From a virus, in IMG/VR virus record IMGVR_UViG_3300047510_002627, positions 56,752 to 120,751 of that record: DNA of 64,000 bases; one strand, written 5' to 3'. A model generated the notes under the pieces. It was not told the DNA's origin, did no database searches, and saw nothing but the letters and a program-made list of their open reading frames with translations. The translations under genes and the position numbers were made by a program. Below, piece by piece: positions 17,081 through 25,885 of this stretch; the stretch's first letter is position 1, and every line of letters starts with the position of its first letter.

Positions 17081-19584
17081 GATTTTATACGAACGTCCAA
17101 ATGATCGGGAATAAGTTTCTCGTTCGTGGTTATGAAAATGGTGAACGTGTGATGTTCAAAGAAGAGTATTCTCCTACTCTTTTTGTAAAATCAAATAAAA
17201 AAACTGAATATAAAACTCTTGAGGGGGAATACGTTCAAGCAATTAAACCTGGAACAGTTAAGGACTGCAGAGAGTTTTATAAACAGTATGAAGATGTAAA
17301 TAACTTTAAAATTTATGGAAATGATAGGTATATCTATCAGTATATTTCTGACAAGTATCCAGAAGAAGAAATAAAGTTTGACATTACTAAAATTAAACTT
17401 TATACTATTGATATTGAAACTACTTCAGAAAATGGATTTCCAGATCCCAAAGAATGTTCAGAAGAAATTCTTCTGATTACAATTCAAGATTATGCAACAA
17501 AACAAATTACAACATGGGGAATCGGTCCATTTGATAACAAACAAGAAAATGTTCATTATATTCAATGTGACTCTGAATATGATCTTTTGGTAAAGTTTCT
17601 CAATTACTGGGAGCACAATATTCCAGAAGTTGTTACTGGTTGGAATATCGAGTTTTTTGATATTCCTTATATTTGTGGTCGTCTTGCAAGAGTTCTTGGT
17701 GAAAAACGGATGAAAAGTTTTTCACCTTGGGGACTTGTAACTGAAAACAAAGTTTTCATGAATAATCGAGAACAAGTAAACTATGATATTGGTGGACTTA
17801 CTCAACTAGATTACTTGAACCTTTACAAGAAGTTTACTTATACTGCCCAGGAATCATATCGTCTGGATTATATTGCTGAAGTTGAATTGGGTCAAAAGAA
17901 ACTAGATCACTCTGAGTTCGATACGTTTAAGGATTTTTATACAAAGGGATGGCAGAAATTTGTTGAGTATAATATTGTTGACGTGGAACTTGTTGATCGT
18001 TTAGAGGATAAGAAGAAATTGATTGAATTGGCAATCAATATGGCATTCGACGCAAAAGTAAACTTTGTAGATGTATTCTACCAAGTCAGGATGTGGGATG
18101 CGATCATTTACAATTATCTTAAGAAAAAGAACATCGTAATTCCTCCTAAAGATCCAACTGAAAAGAATGATAAGTATGCTGGTGCTCATGTAAAAGATCC
18201 AATACCGGGGGTCTATGATTGGATTGTTAATTTTGATCTTAATTCCCTATACCCTCACTTGATTATGCAATCAAACATTAGCCCAGAAACACTAATCGAA
18301 GAAAGATTCCCAAATATTTCTGTGGATAAAATTCTTGACCGTAAAATTTCTATTGATGGTTATGAAGATTATGCAATCTGTCCAAATGGATCTATGTATA
18401 GAAAAGATGTTCGTGGATTTCTTCCTGAATTGATGGAAAAGATTTATAATGAACGTGTGATCTATAAAAAGAAAATGATTGCCGCTAAGAAGAAATACGA
18501 AAAAACTCCCACAGAAGAACTGAGAAAGGAGATTGATCGTTGTAATAATATTCAAATGGCACGTAAGATTCAATTAAATTCTGCTTATGGTGCTATTGGA
18601 AATCAATATTTCCGATACTACAAACTTGAAAATGCTGAGGCAATTACCCTCGGTGGACAAGTGGCGATTCGTTGGATCGAAAGTAAATTGAATGAATACA
18701 TGAATAAAGCTCTTAAAACTGAGGATATTGAATATGTCATTTATGCTGATACTGATTCTGTTTATCTCCATATGGGTCCTTTGGTTGAAAGTATATTCAA
18801 GGGAAGAGAGAAAGTTACTGAAAGCATTGTGGGGTTCCTTGATAAGGTCGCTAAAGTGGAACTTGAAAAATATATTGAAGGTTCTTACCAAGAATTGGCG
18901 GAATACTTAAATTCATACGAACAAAAGATGCAGATGAAGCGAGAGAACATTGCTGATCGTGGAATCTGGACTGCAAAAAAACGTTATATTCTCAATGTAT
19001 GGGATAGTGAAGGAGTTCGGTATGAAGAACCAAAACTTAAGATTATGGGAATTGAAGCAATTAAATCTTCAACTCCAGCTCCTTGTCGGCAGATGATTAA
19101 AAATGCCATTAAAATTATGATGAGTGGTACAGAAGATACTCTCATTGATTATATTGAAAAACAAAGAAAGGAATTTAAAAAGTATTCTCCAGAGCAAATT
19201 TCATTTCCCAAATCCATTTCCGATGTTGTAAAATGGAAATCACCAGCTACAATTTATTTGAAAAATACAGGAAAAGGATGTCCGATTCATGTTAGAGGAG
19301 CACTTTTGTTTAATCATTATGTGAACAAAAGCAAACTGACGAATAAATATTCACTGATTCAAAATGGCGAAAAAATTAAATATTGCTATTTGAAACTTCC
19401 AAATCCCATTCACGAAAATGTAATTTCTTTCATTCAGGAATTCCCGAAAGAATTGGGACTTAATGAGTTCGTAAATTATGACATTCAATTTGAAAAAGGA
19501 TTTCTTGAACCATTGAAAATTATTTTGAATGCAATTGGATGGAAACATGAAAAGATTGCATCTTTGGAGGACTTTTTTACTTGA
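17077..19584 (+). CDS. gp43: Family B DNA polymerase gp43
   Basis: DIET exo I, DLNSLYPH, KIQLNSAYG, YADTDS, KKRY. Confidence 0.98.
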   Translation: MRFYTNVQMIGNKFLVRGYENGERVMFKEEYSPTLFVKSNKKTEYKTLEGEYVQAIKPGTVKDCREFYKQYEDVNNFKIYGNDRYIYQYISDKYPEEEIKFDITKIKLYTIDIETTSENGFPDPKECSEEILLITIQDYATKQITTWGIGPFDNKQENVHYIQCDSEYDLLVKFLNYWEHNIPEVVTGWNIEFFDIPYICGRLARVLGEKRMKSFSPWGLVTENKVFMNNREQVNYDIGGLTQLDYLNLYKKFTYTAQESYRLDYIAEVELGQKKLDHSEFDTFKDFYTKGWQKFVEYNIVDVELVDRLEDKKKLIELAINMAFDAKVNFVDVFYQVRMWDAIIYNYLKKKNIVIPPKDPTEKNDKYAGAHVKDPIPGVYDWIVNFDLNSLYPHLIMQSNISPETLIEERFPNISVDKILDRKISIDGYEDYAICPNGSMYRKDVRGFLPELMEKIYNERVIYKKKMIAAKKKYEKTPTEELRKEIDRCNNIQMARKIQLNSAYGAIGNQYFRYYKLENAEAITLGGQVAIRWIESKLNEYMNKALKTEDIEYVIYADTDSVYLHMGPLVESIFKGREKVTESIVGFLDKVAKVELEKYIEGSYQELAEYLNSYEQKMQMKRENIADRGIWTAKKRYILNVWDSEGVRYEEPKLKIMGIEAIKSSTPAPCRQMIKNAIKIMMSGTEDTLIDYIEKQRKEFKKYSPEQISFPKSISDVVKWKSPATIYLKNTGKGCPIHVRGALLFNHYVNKSKLTNKYSLIQNGEKIKYCYLKLPNPIHENVISFIQEFPKELGLNEFVNYDIQFEKGFLEPLKIILNAIGWKHEKIASLEDFFT

Positions 19585-19718
19585 TGGAACTACCTATAAA
19601 TTCTGTAGAATTTGAAACAATTTTAAAAATGCTTGAAAAGGATAGATCTAAAAATTGGCAATTATGGTCAAAACTTTGGTCTTATAAAATGAACGTATTG
19701 AACAAGGAGAAAAATTAA
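19584..19718 (+). CDS. Small hypothetical protein (44 aa)
   Basis: [10 protein letters not shown]...KLWSYKMN; fills the gp43-uvsX gap with 1-nt overlaps. Confidence 0.55.
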   Translation: MELPINSVEFETILKMLEKDRSKNWQLWSKLWSYKMNVLNKEKN

Positions 19719-20722
19719 TGGATTTTCTTAAAGATATAATTAAAGAAATTGGTGGTGAATACACCCAACTTGCTTCAGATATTAATGAAACTGAAACTTT
19801 TGTGGATACGGGTTCGTACATTTTTAATGCTCTTGTATCCGGCAGTATATTTGGTGGGGTATCTGGGAATAAGATTACTGCAATCGCAGGCGAAAGTTCT
19901 ACAGGTAAGACTTTCTTCTCTCTCGCCGTCGTTAAAAATTTTCTTGATAATAATCCTGATGGATATTGTCTGTATTTTGATACTGAAGCAGCAATCACAA
20001 AATCCCTTCTGGAGAGCAGGGGAATTGACACAACTCGCTTGGTGGTTGTCAATGTCGTAACTGTTGAAGAGTTTCGCACAAAGGCACTCAAGGCAGTTGA
20101 TATGTATATGAAGAAACCTGAAGGAGAACGCAGTCCTTGCATGTTTGTGTTAGACTCTCTAGGAATGCTTTCTACCAGTAAAGAGATCAATGATGCTCTG
20201 AACGATAAAGAAGTTCGGGACATGACCAAATCTCAACTGATTAAAGGTGCCTTCCGTATGTTGACTCTTAAACTGGGTCAAGCGAATATTCCCATGTTAG
20301 TTACTAATCACACTTATGATGTTATTGGTGCTTATGTTCCTACAAAAGAAATGGGTGGTGGTAGTGGTCTTAAGTACGCCGCTTCTACTATCATTTATCT
20401 TAGTAAGAAGAAAGAGAAGGATGGAACGGAAGTCATTGGAAATATTATCAAGGCAAAGACTCATAAATCGCGTTTAAGTAAGGAGAATCAAGATGTGGAA
20501 GTCCGTCTTTATTATGATGAGCGCGGCCTTGATCGTTACTATGGTCTTTTGGAACTTGGTGAACTTGGTGGACTCTGGAAGAATGTAGCAGGACGTTATG
20601 AAATGGATGGTAAGAAAATTTATGCCAAGGAAATTCTCAAGAATCCCGAGAAATACTTCACTGAAGAAGTAATGGAGAAACTTGATGTAATTGCCAAAGG
20701 TGAGTTTTCTTATGGAGAGTAA
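19718..20722 (+). CDS. uvsX: RecA-like recombinase UvsX
   Basis: [29 protein letters not shown]. Confidence 0.96.
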   Translation: MDFLKDIIKEIGGEYTQLASDINETETFVDTGSYIFNALVSGSIFGGVSGNKITAIAGESSTGKTFFSLAVVKNFLDNNPDGYCLYFDTEAAITKSLLESRGIDTTRLVVVNVVTVEEFRTKALKAVDMYMKKPEGERSPCMFVLDSLGMLSTSKEINDALNDKEVRDMTKSQLIKGAFRMLTLKLGQANIPMLVTNHTYDVIGAYVPTKEMGGGSGLKYAASTIIYLSKKKEKDGTEVIGNIIKAKTHKSRLSKENQDVEVRLYYDERGLDRYYGLLELGELGGLWKNVAGRYEMDGKKIYAKEILKNPEKYFTEEVMEKLDVIAKGEFSYGE

Positions 20723-21257
20723 AGACTTTATCTTTCAAATTGATGATGCAATTTCTCCAAGATCTTGTGAACAAATAATTAATTTATTTGGAAATAATCC
20801 TGGGAAAGAAAGAATCGATCAGGGGGGTACTCCTAATTTTACTCAATTAAACATTAGTCAACATCTTCCAGATTTAGTTGATCCAATATCTGGAAGTGTT
20901 GTTAACCACCTTGAACAATATGAAAAAAAGTTTGAAAATTTTGCGGCATTTTTTCCAGAAGATATATGTCTTGAAGAATTCCGAATAAAGTGCTATGATT
21001 CCTCAAGAAGGGACAGATTTGATCTTCATGTGGATGTTACTGACCAGGATTCTTCCGTTAGGTTATTGGCATTTCTTTATTATTTAAATGATGATTTTAC
21101 TGGAGGTGAAACTATTTTTCCCGATCATGATCTGATTATTAAACCAAAAACAGGATCATTAGTTATTTTTCCCTCAACTTGGCAATATCCTCATAAGGGA
21201 ACACCTGTTAAAACAGGTAAAAAATATATTATGTCAACCTATCTACATTACTATTGA
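20712..21257 (+). CDS. 2OG-Fe(II) oxygenase
   Basis: [17 protein letters not shown]...HKG...K motifs. Confidence 0.9.
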   Translation: MESKDFIFQIDDAISPRSCEQIINLFGNNPGKERIDQGGTPNFTQLNISQHLPDLVDPISGSVVNHLEQYEKKFENFAAFFPEDICLEEFRIKCYDSSRRDRFDLHVDVTDQDSSVRLLAFLYYLNDDFTGGETIFPDHDLIIKPKTGSLVIFPSTWQYPHKGTPVKTGKKYIMSTYLHYY

Positions 21258-22642
21258 TGGAAAAGATTGAATACTTGATTTTGCGGAATTTACTTTTCAA
21301 TGAAGAATATCTTAGGTTAGTTCTTCCATTCATTCAAGAAGAGTATTTTCAAGACAACGCTCAAAAAAATCTCTTCATTGCGATCAGAGATTTTGTGTTG
21401 GAGTATAATAAACCTCCAACAAAAGAAATTCTTCATGTAGAAATTGGAAATAAGCAAGATCTTACGGAAGAAGATTATAAATCAATCACTCACATCATTA
21501 ATTCTTTTGAACAAGTTGATGTTGAATTTGAATGGTTGATGAAAACTTCAGAAGAGTGGTGTAAAGATCGTGCTCTTTATAATGCTATTATGGAGTCTGT
21601 CAATCGCTATGAATCCAATGGAAAACAGGATAGAGGATCTCTTCCTGCATTGATGCAAGATGCGTTGGCAGTTAGTTTTGACACACACATTGGACATGAT
21701 TACTTAGAAGATGCAGAAAAACGATACGAATACCTTCACCGAAAACAAGAAAAAATTCCATTCGATCTTGAATATTTTGACAAAATTACAAAAGGTGGTT
21801 TATCTCCAAAGACTCTTACTGTCGCACTTGCTGGTACGGGTGTCGGGAAATCTTTATTCATGTGCCATTTTGCTAGCTCCGTGTTGCTCCAAGGACGGAA
21901 CGTTCTCTACATTACAATGGAAATGGCAGAAGAGAAAATTGCTGAACGAATTGACGCGAATTTATTGAATGTGTCAATTCAAGATCTGCAAACTCTTCCA
22001 AAGTCGGCATTTGAAACTAAGGTAAAGAAATTAGCAGCAAAGACTCAGGGTAATCTTATAATTAAGGAATACCCAACTGCGTCTGCACATGCAGGACATT
22101 TTAAATCTCTTCTTAATGATTTGGCACTTAAAAAGTCATTTCATCCTGATATCATCTTTATTGATTACCTCAATATTTGTGCTTCCTCTAGGTATAGGGC
22201 AGGAAGTAATGTCAATACTTACACCTTTGTAAAGGCAATCGCTGAGGAAATACGAGGAATTGGACAAGAATTTAATGTGCCAATCGTATCTGCCACTCAA
22301 ACTACTAGGTCTGGTTTTGGAAGTTCTGATCCAGACCTTACCGACACTAGTGAGTCCTTTGGTCTCCCTGCTACTGCTGACCTTATGTTTGCCCTTATTA
22401 GCAGTGAGCAGTTGGAGGAGATGGGACAAATTATGGTGAAGCAACTTAAGAATCGAGATAATGATCGAGGGTGGTATAAGAAGTTTTGTGTGGGTATTGA
22501 CAGATCGAAGATGAGGTTGTATGATGTAGAACAGTCAGCACAAGAAGGAATCCATGACTCTGGGCAAGATGAAGAATACGAATTCAAAGACAAATCTATG
22601 TCTAAAATGAAAGAAAAATTTGGAGGATTTAGTTTTGAGTAA
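21254..22642 (+). CDS. gp41: Replicative DnaB-like helicase gp41
   Basis: AGTGVGKS, TMEMAEE, DYLNI, ATQTTR, SESFGLPATAD. Confidence 0.96.
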   Translation: MMEKIEYLILRNLLFNEEYLRLVLPFIQEEYFQDNAQKNLFIAIRDFVLEYNKPPTKEILHVEIGNKQDLTEEDYKSITHIINSFEQVDVEFEWLMKTSEEWCKDRALYNAIMESVNRYESNGKQDRGSLPALMQDALAVSFDTHIGHDYLEDAEKRYEYLHRKQEKIPFDLEYFDKITKGGLSPKTLTVALAGTGVGKSLFMCHFASSVLLQGRNVLYITMEMAEEKIAERIDANLLNVSIQDLQTLPKSAFETKVKKLAAKTQGNLIIKEYPTASAHAGHFKSLLNDLALKKSFHPDIIFIDYLNICASSRYRAGSNVNTYTFVKAIAEEIRGIGQEFNVPIVSATQTTRSGFGSSDPDLTDTSESFGLPATADLMFALISSEQLEEMGQIMVKQLKNRDNDRGWYKKFCVGIDRSKMRLYDVEQSAQEGIHDSGQDEEYEFKDKSMSKMKEKFGGFSFE

Positions 22643-22949
22643 AAAGTATAAATCTGAAGATTATTTTTCAGTCATTGAAACTAAAACGGGAAAAAAGATT
22701 TGTGATTGTGCTGAACAGGAAGATGCTCTTATGATGGTATCTTTTGATTCCAGTAATAGAACTATTACTAGAAATAATTTTCTGATGGGACAAGTCGTCG
22801 ATATTGAAGTTCCAAAACAACTTCCCACAAATGAAGTTGTTCATATTCCAATTGATACAACTGAGTATAAAAATCACCAAGAAAACTGGATGGTTGATAA
22901 ACTTAAAAAACTACAACAAAGTGACCTGATAGAATTTACTGGAGAATAA
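22620..22949 (+). CDS. Hypothetical protein (start uncertain)
   Basis: Open ORF between gp41 and mazG. Confidence 0.6.
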   Translation: MEDLVLSKKYKSEDYFSVIETKTGKKICDCAEQEDALMMVSFDSSNRTITRNNFLMGQVVDIEVPKQLPTNEVVHIPIDTTEYKNHQENWMVDKLKKLQQSDLIEFTGE

Positions 22950-22952
22950 ATT

Positions 22953-23468
22953 ATGCCAATGAATACCGCAGCAATTCAACAAGGTGGCCGCCCACCAGAA
23001 CCAAATATTACAATTACAAAAGAAGTACAACCTGATCAATCTGTAAAATTTACTATGAGTCAAAAAAAAGTAGATCAAAAACGATACATTGAATTTGTTG
23101 ATGGAGTCACAAGTGCAGAAAGCACTGATTTTGCAACTCTTCTTAAGAGACTTACTGAACTTGAGGTTCAGGATGCAAATGTTCCAAAATTACTCACTGC
23201 CTCTCTTGGTATGAGTGCTGAGGCAGGTGAATTTACTGAAGTTGTTAAGAAAATGGTTTTTCAAGGAAAACCATACAGCGAAGATAATGTATTTCATTTG
23301 AAACGTGAACTTGGTGACATTCTTTGGTACGTTGCTCAAGCATGTATGGCACTTGATACCAACTTTGATGAACTTATGGAAATGAATGTTGAAAAATTAA
23401 AAGCACGTTATCCTGGTGGAGAGTTTGATGTCCACTATTCTGAAAATCGTAAGGAGGGAGATGTATGA
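22953..23468 (+). CDS. mazG: MazG-like NTP pyrophosphohydrolase
   Basis: EAGEFTEVVKK, ELGDILWY, N.EKL.ARYP. Confidence 0.92.
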   Translation: MPMNTAAIQQGGRPPEPNITITKEVQPDQSVKFTMSQKKVDQKRYIEFVDGVTSAESTDFATLLKRLTELEVQDANVPKLLTASLGMSAEAGEFTEVVKKMVFQGKPYSEDNVFHLKRELGDILWYVAQACMALDTNFDELMEMNVEKLKARYPGGEFDVHYSENRKEGDV

Positions 23469-23596
23469 GCACTCGTCAATTTGTAACTAAGTCTGGTGAT
23501 ACTTGGGAATGGGAAGAAAGTAAAGAAGTTGTTAAAGCAGTTAAAGATTACTGGAAAGTTGTAAACGAAAATCAATCAAAATCTGAAGACAAATAA
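23465..23596 (+). CDS. Small hypothetical protein (43 aa)
   Basis: MSTRQFVTKSGDTWEWEE..; RBS GGAG; 4-nt overlap with mazG. Confidence 0.55.
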   Translation: MSTRQFVTKSGDTWEWEESKEVVKAVKDYWKVVNENQSKSEDK

Positions 23597-23609
23597 ATAT
23601 ATGAATATG

Positions 23610-23639
23610 ACCTCTTCTAAATAATAGAAGGGGTTTTTT
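23610..23639 (+). terminator. Terminator with a late promoter-like CTAAATA at its loop
   Basis: CCTCTTCTA-AATAA-TAGAAGGGG+T-run. Confidence 0.65.
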
Positions 23640-23645
23640 ATTACT

Positions 23646-24203
23646 ATGCCTCGATATAGAAATAGATCTTCCTTCATGGAAGAGTTAAGAAGATTAGATT
23701 CGATAGATCGGGCAGTAAAAAAAACTTCTTGGGATGATACTAATGTATCTTATGATATTGGTGATCGAAGGACCACTGAGATTAAAACATCAGTAAATGA
23801 TTTTATTGATGAAATTGATTCGGTGGAGGATAATCCAAGACCTCAAAATATAATGGAGAGGTTGATTGAATTGAGTGATAATTCGGAATTTGAAACTCCG
23901 CAAAATAATATGTATAAATTAATTGACATACTAGATGAAAAAAAATATGGATATCCCCAACCAGGAGATATCTTTACTTTTATATACAGAGCAAAAACTC
24001 CAAATTTGATCTATGATATGCATCCAGTTACTATGATAACTGGTCTTGATCGAGGAAAATTTTGGGGATGGAACTATCACCTTAATATGATAAGGCAATA
24101 TTCCGGTAAAGATGGCAGAGTTCTTAGTAATTTTTATAAGATAGATCAAGATGAGTTGCCAATAGTTTTGTCAATCAACACTAAGTTATTGTTACGAACA
24201 TAA
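23646..24203 (+). CDS. Hypothetical protein; C-terminal part weakly resembles DNA end-protector gp2
   Basis: FIYRAKTP..YD.HP....FWGWNYH...RQY pattern. Confidence 0.5.
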   Translation: MPRYRNRSSFMEELRRLDSIDRAVKKTSWDDTNVSYDIGDRRTTEIKTSVNDFIDEIDSVEDNPRPQNIMERLIELSDNSEFETPQNNMYKLIDILDEKKYGYPQPGDIFTFIYRAKTPNLIYDMHPVTMITGLDRGKFWGWNYHLNMIRQYSGKDGRVLSNFYKIDQDELPIVLSINTKLLLRT

Positions 24204-24204
24204 A

Positions 24205-24798
24205 ATGAAAAGTTTTTCAAATTTCCAAACAGAAGCAAATAAATCACTTGCAGGATTTCATGCAAAAAGATTGGGATTGAAGTATGATAAAAAAACGGGC
24301 GGATATGTTGGAAGACATACTGGAGAATTTGTAGCAAAGTCGGTTAATGGTAATTTAAAATTTTATAATCAAAATCAACAAATTGGCAAAAAGGATCCAA
24401 AACAAATTAGAGGTAATCGTTTTCCTAATGCTGTTGCTTCAGATTATAAACCAAATACACCATTAAGAACCGAAGAACAAATAAAGGAACTCCGAGAACA
24501 ATATATTGCAAAAGAAATATTTTTAGAAGGCGATTGGATACAAAACCCAATGAATGGATTAGTTGGCAAAATCATTCGTAGAGGTACTAATTATCTGATT
24601 TGTGTAACTGAAGAAAATCAAATGTTTAAACCTTGGATACATGATGTTGTTGAATGGACAGAAATATCTGGTGTTCCGGCAGATCAAAGATTAATTGGAA
24701 CTGATTCACATAGAAATTATGTTGCTAAAATGGCGGGTGCTGAAGGAATAAGGAACTTCATAAATAAGTATAAGGCAAAGAGAGTAAATAAGAAATGA
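24205..24798 (+). CDS. Putative internal-head protein resembling the N- and C-termini of cyanophage 'cytidyltransferase'
   Basis: MKSFSNFQTE N-terminus; G.IIRRGTNYLICVTE...MFK.WI.DV C-terminus; no HxGH nucleotidyltransferase motif. Confidence 0.55.
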   Translation: MKSFSNFQTEANKSLAGFHAKRLGLKYDKKTGGYVGRHTGEFVAKSVNGNLKFYNQNQQIGKKDPKQIRGNRFPNAVASDYKPNTPLRTEEQIKELREQYIAKEIFLEGDWIQNPMNGLVGKIIRRGTNYLICVTEENQMFKPWIHDVVEWTEISGVPADQRLIGTDSHRNYVAKMAGAEGIRNFINKYKAKRVNKK

Positions 24799-25112
24799 AA
24801 TCATATCATCAATTTCTTTCTGAAGCAGTCAATATTGCTGGAGATTTTAATGGAAATCTCTATATCAACAGTTCTGAACCCGAAACGAGATCTGTTGGGG
24901 AAGATTATGTTGCTGATTTTGTTTGGGAAGGAAGCATTTATAGATTGGAGTTGGTATCAAATGGAATGCCATCTAAATTAGATTTGGCAGAAAGATTGCA
25001 GACCGAATATCCTGGAGCAATTGTTCATCAGATTTATCCAGCAATTCAAAAAACAGATGTAAACATTTCAAGCACCAAGAGATATCACCCAGGAAAATTG
25101 GAGTGGTTATAA
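24795..25112 (+). CDS. Putative internal-head protein
   Basis: MKSYHQFLSE N-terminus resembles the T4 capsid-targeting sequence; ATAAATA upstream. Confidence 0.6.
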   Translation: MKSYHQFLSEAVNIAGDFNGNLYINSSEPETRSVGEDYVADFVWEGSIYRLELVSNGMPSKLDLAERLQTEYPGAIVHQIYPAIQKTDVNISSTKRYHPGKLEWL

Positions 25113-25115
25113 ATT

Positions 25116-25847
25116 ATGGGATTTAAAAGTTATATTTGGGACGAGGCATGGGAACTTAATATCTCAAGGGGAAAAGTTCGTGGAGCATCAACCATCCATA
25201 AGTTTGGTGCTGTGCCAGCAATGTCTCAGAGCACTACGGGAACCATCTGGGATAAAAATGATACTGTTTACCCTTGGAGTGTTTGGACAACTGCAGGAAT
25301 AATTACTGCTTCAATTGCTAATGCTTCGGATAATGGAAAGGTTGTAACAGTTCTTGGTTTGGACAATGATTTCAATCCAGCATCAGATACTTTCACACTA
25401 TCAAGCATGGCAACAGTATCAGGAACTACACAATTTCGTCGTGTATACAGAGCATATATTTCATCAGGAACTAATAATGTTGGTGATGTGAATTTCACTA
25501 AAAATGGAACGGATGTATTGAGGATTACTGCCGATAAGGGTCAAACTCTTATGGCAATTTATACTGTTCCTGCTGGTAAAACTGGATATCTTTATCAAGG
25601 GGTATGTACTGCTCAAGCATCTGCCGATGGGACAGGAAATATGTTTGTAAGATATTTTGGTCAAAATGCATTTAGAATTGGGCACTCATTTGAAGTCGCT
25701 GGTGTTGGAGGTCAATATACTTATGACTTTGCATTTCCAATACAACTTCCAGAAAAAACTGATATTGATGTGAGAATTACTACAAGAACTAACAATGGAA
25801 GATACACCGCAGCATTTGATATTTTGTTAATTGATAATGATGAATAA
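25116..25847 (+). CDS. Hypothetical beta-rich protein, probably virion-associated
   Basis: Thr/Gly-rich 243-aa ORF in the late island. Confidence 0.6.
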   Translation: MGFKSYIWDEAWELNISRGKVRGASTIHKFGAVPAMSQSTTGTIWDKNDTVYPWSVWTTAGIITASIANASDNGKVVTVLGLDNDFNPASDTFTLSSMATVSGTTQFRRVYRAYISSGTNNVGDVNFTKNGTDVLRITADKGQTLMAIYTVPAGKTGYLYQGVCTAQASADGTGNMFVRYFGQNAFRIGHSFEVAGVGGQYTYDFAFPIQLPEKTDIDVRITTRTNNGRYTAAFDILLIDNDE

Positions 25848-25849
25848 TT

Positions 25850-25857
25850 TATAAATA
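25850..25857 (+). promoter_or_regulatory. T4-type late promoter
   Basis: TATAAATA. Confidence 0.7.
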
Positions 25858-25885
25858 AATACAAGGCAAATCATTTTAGAATAAA

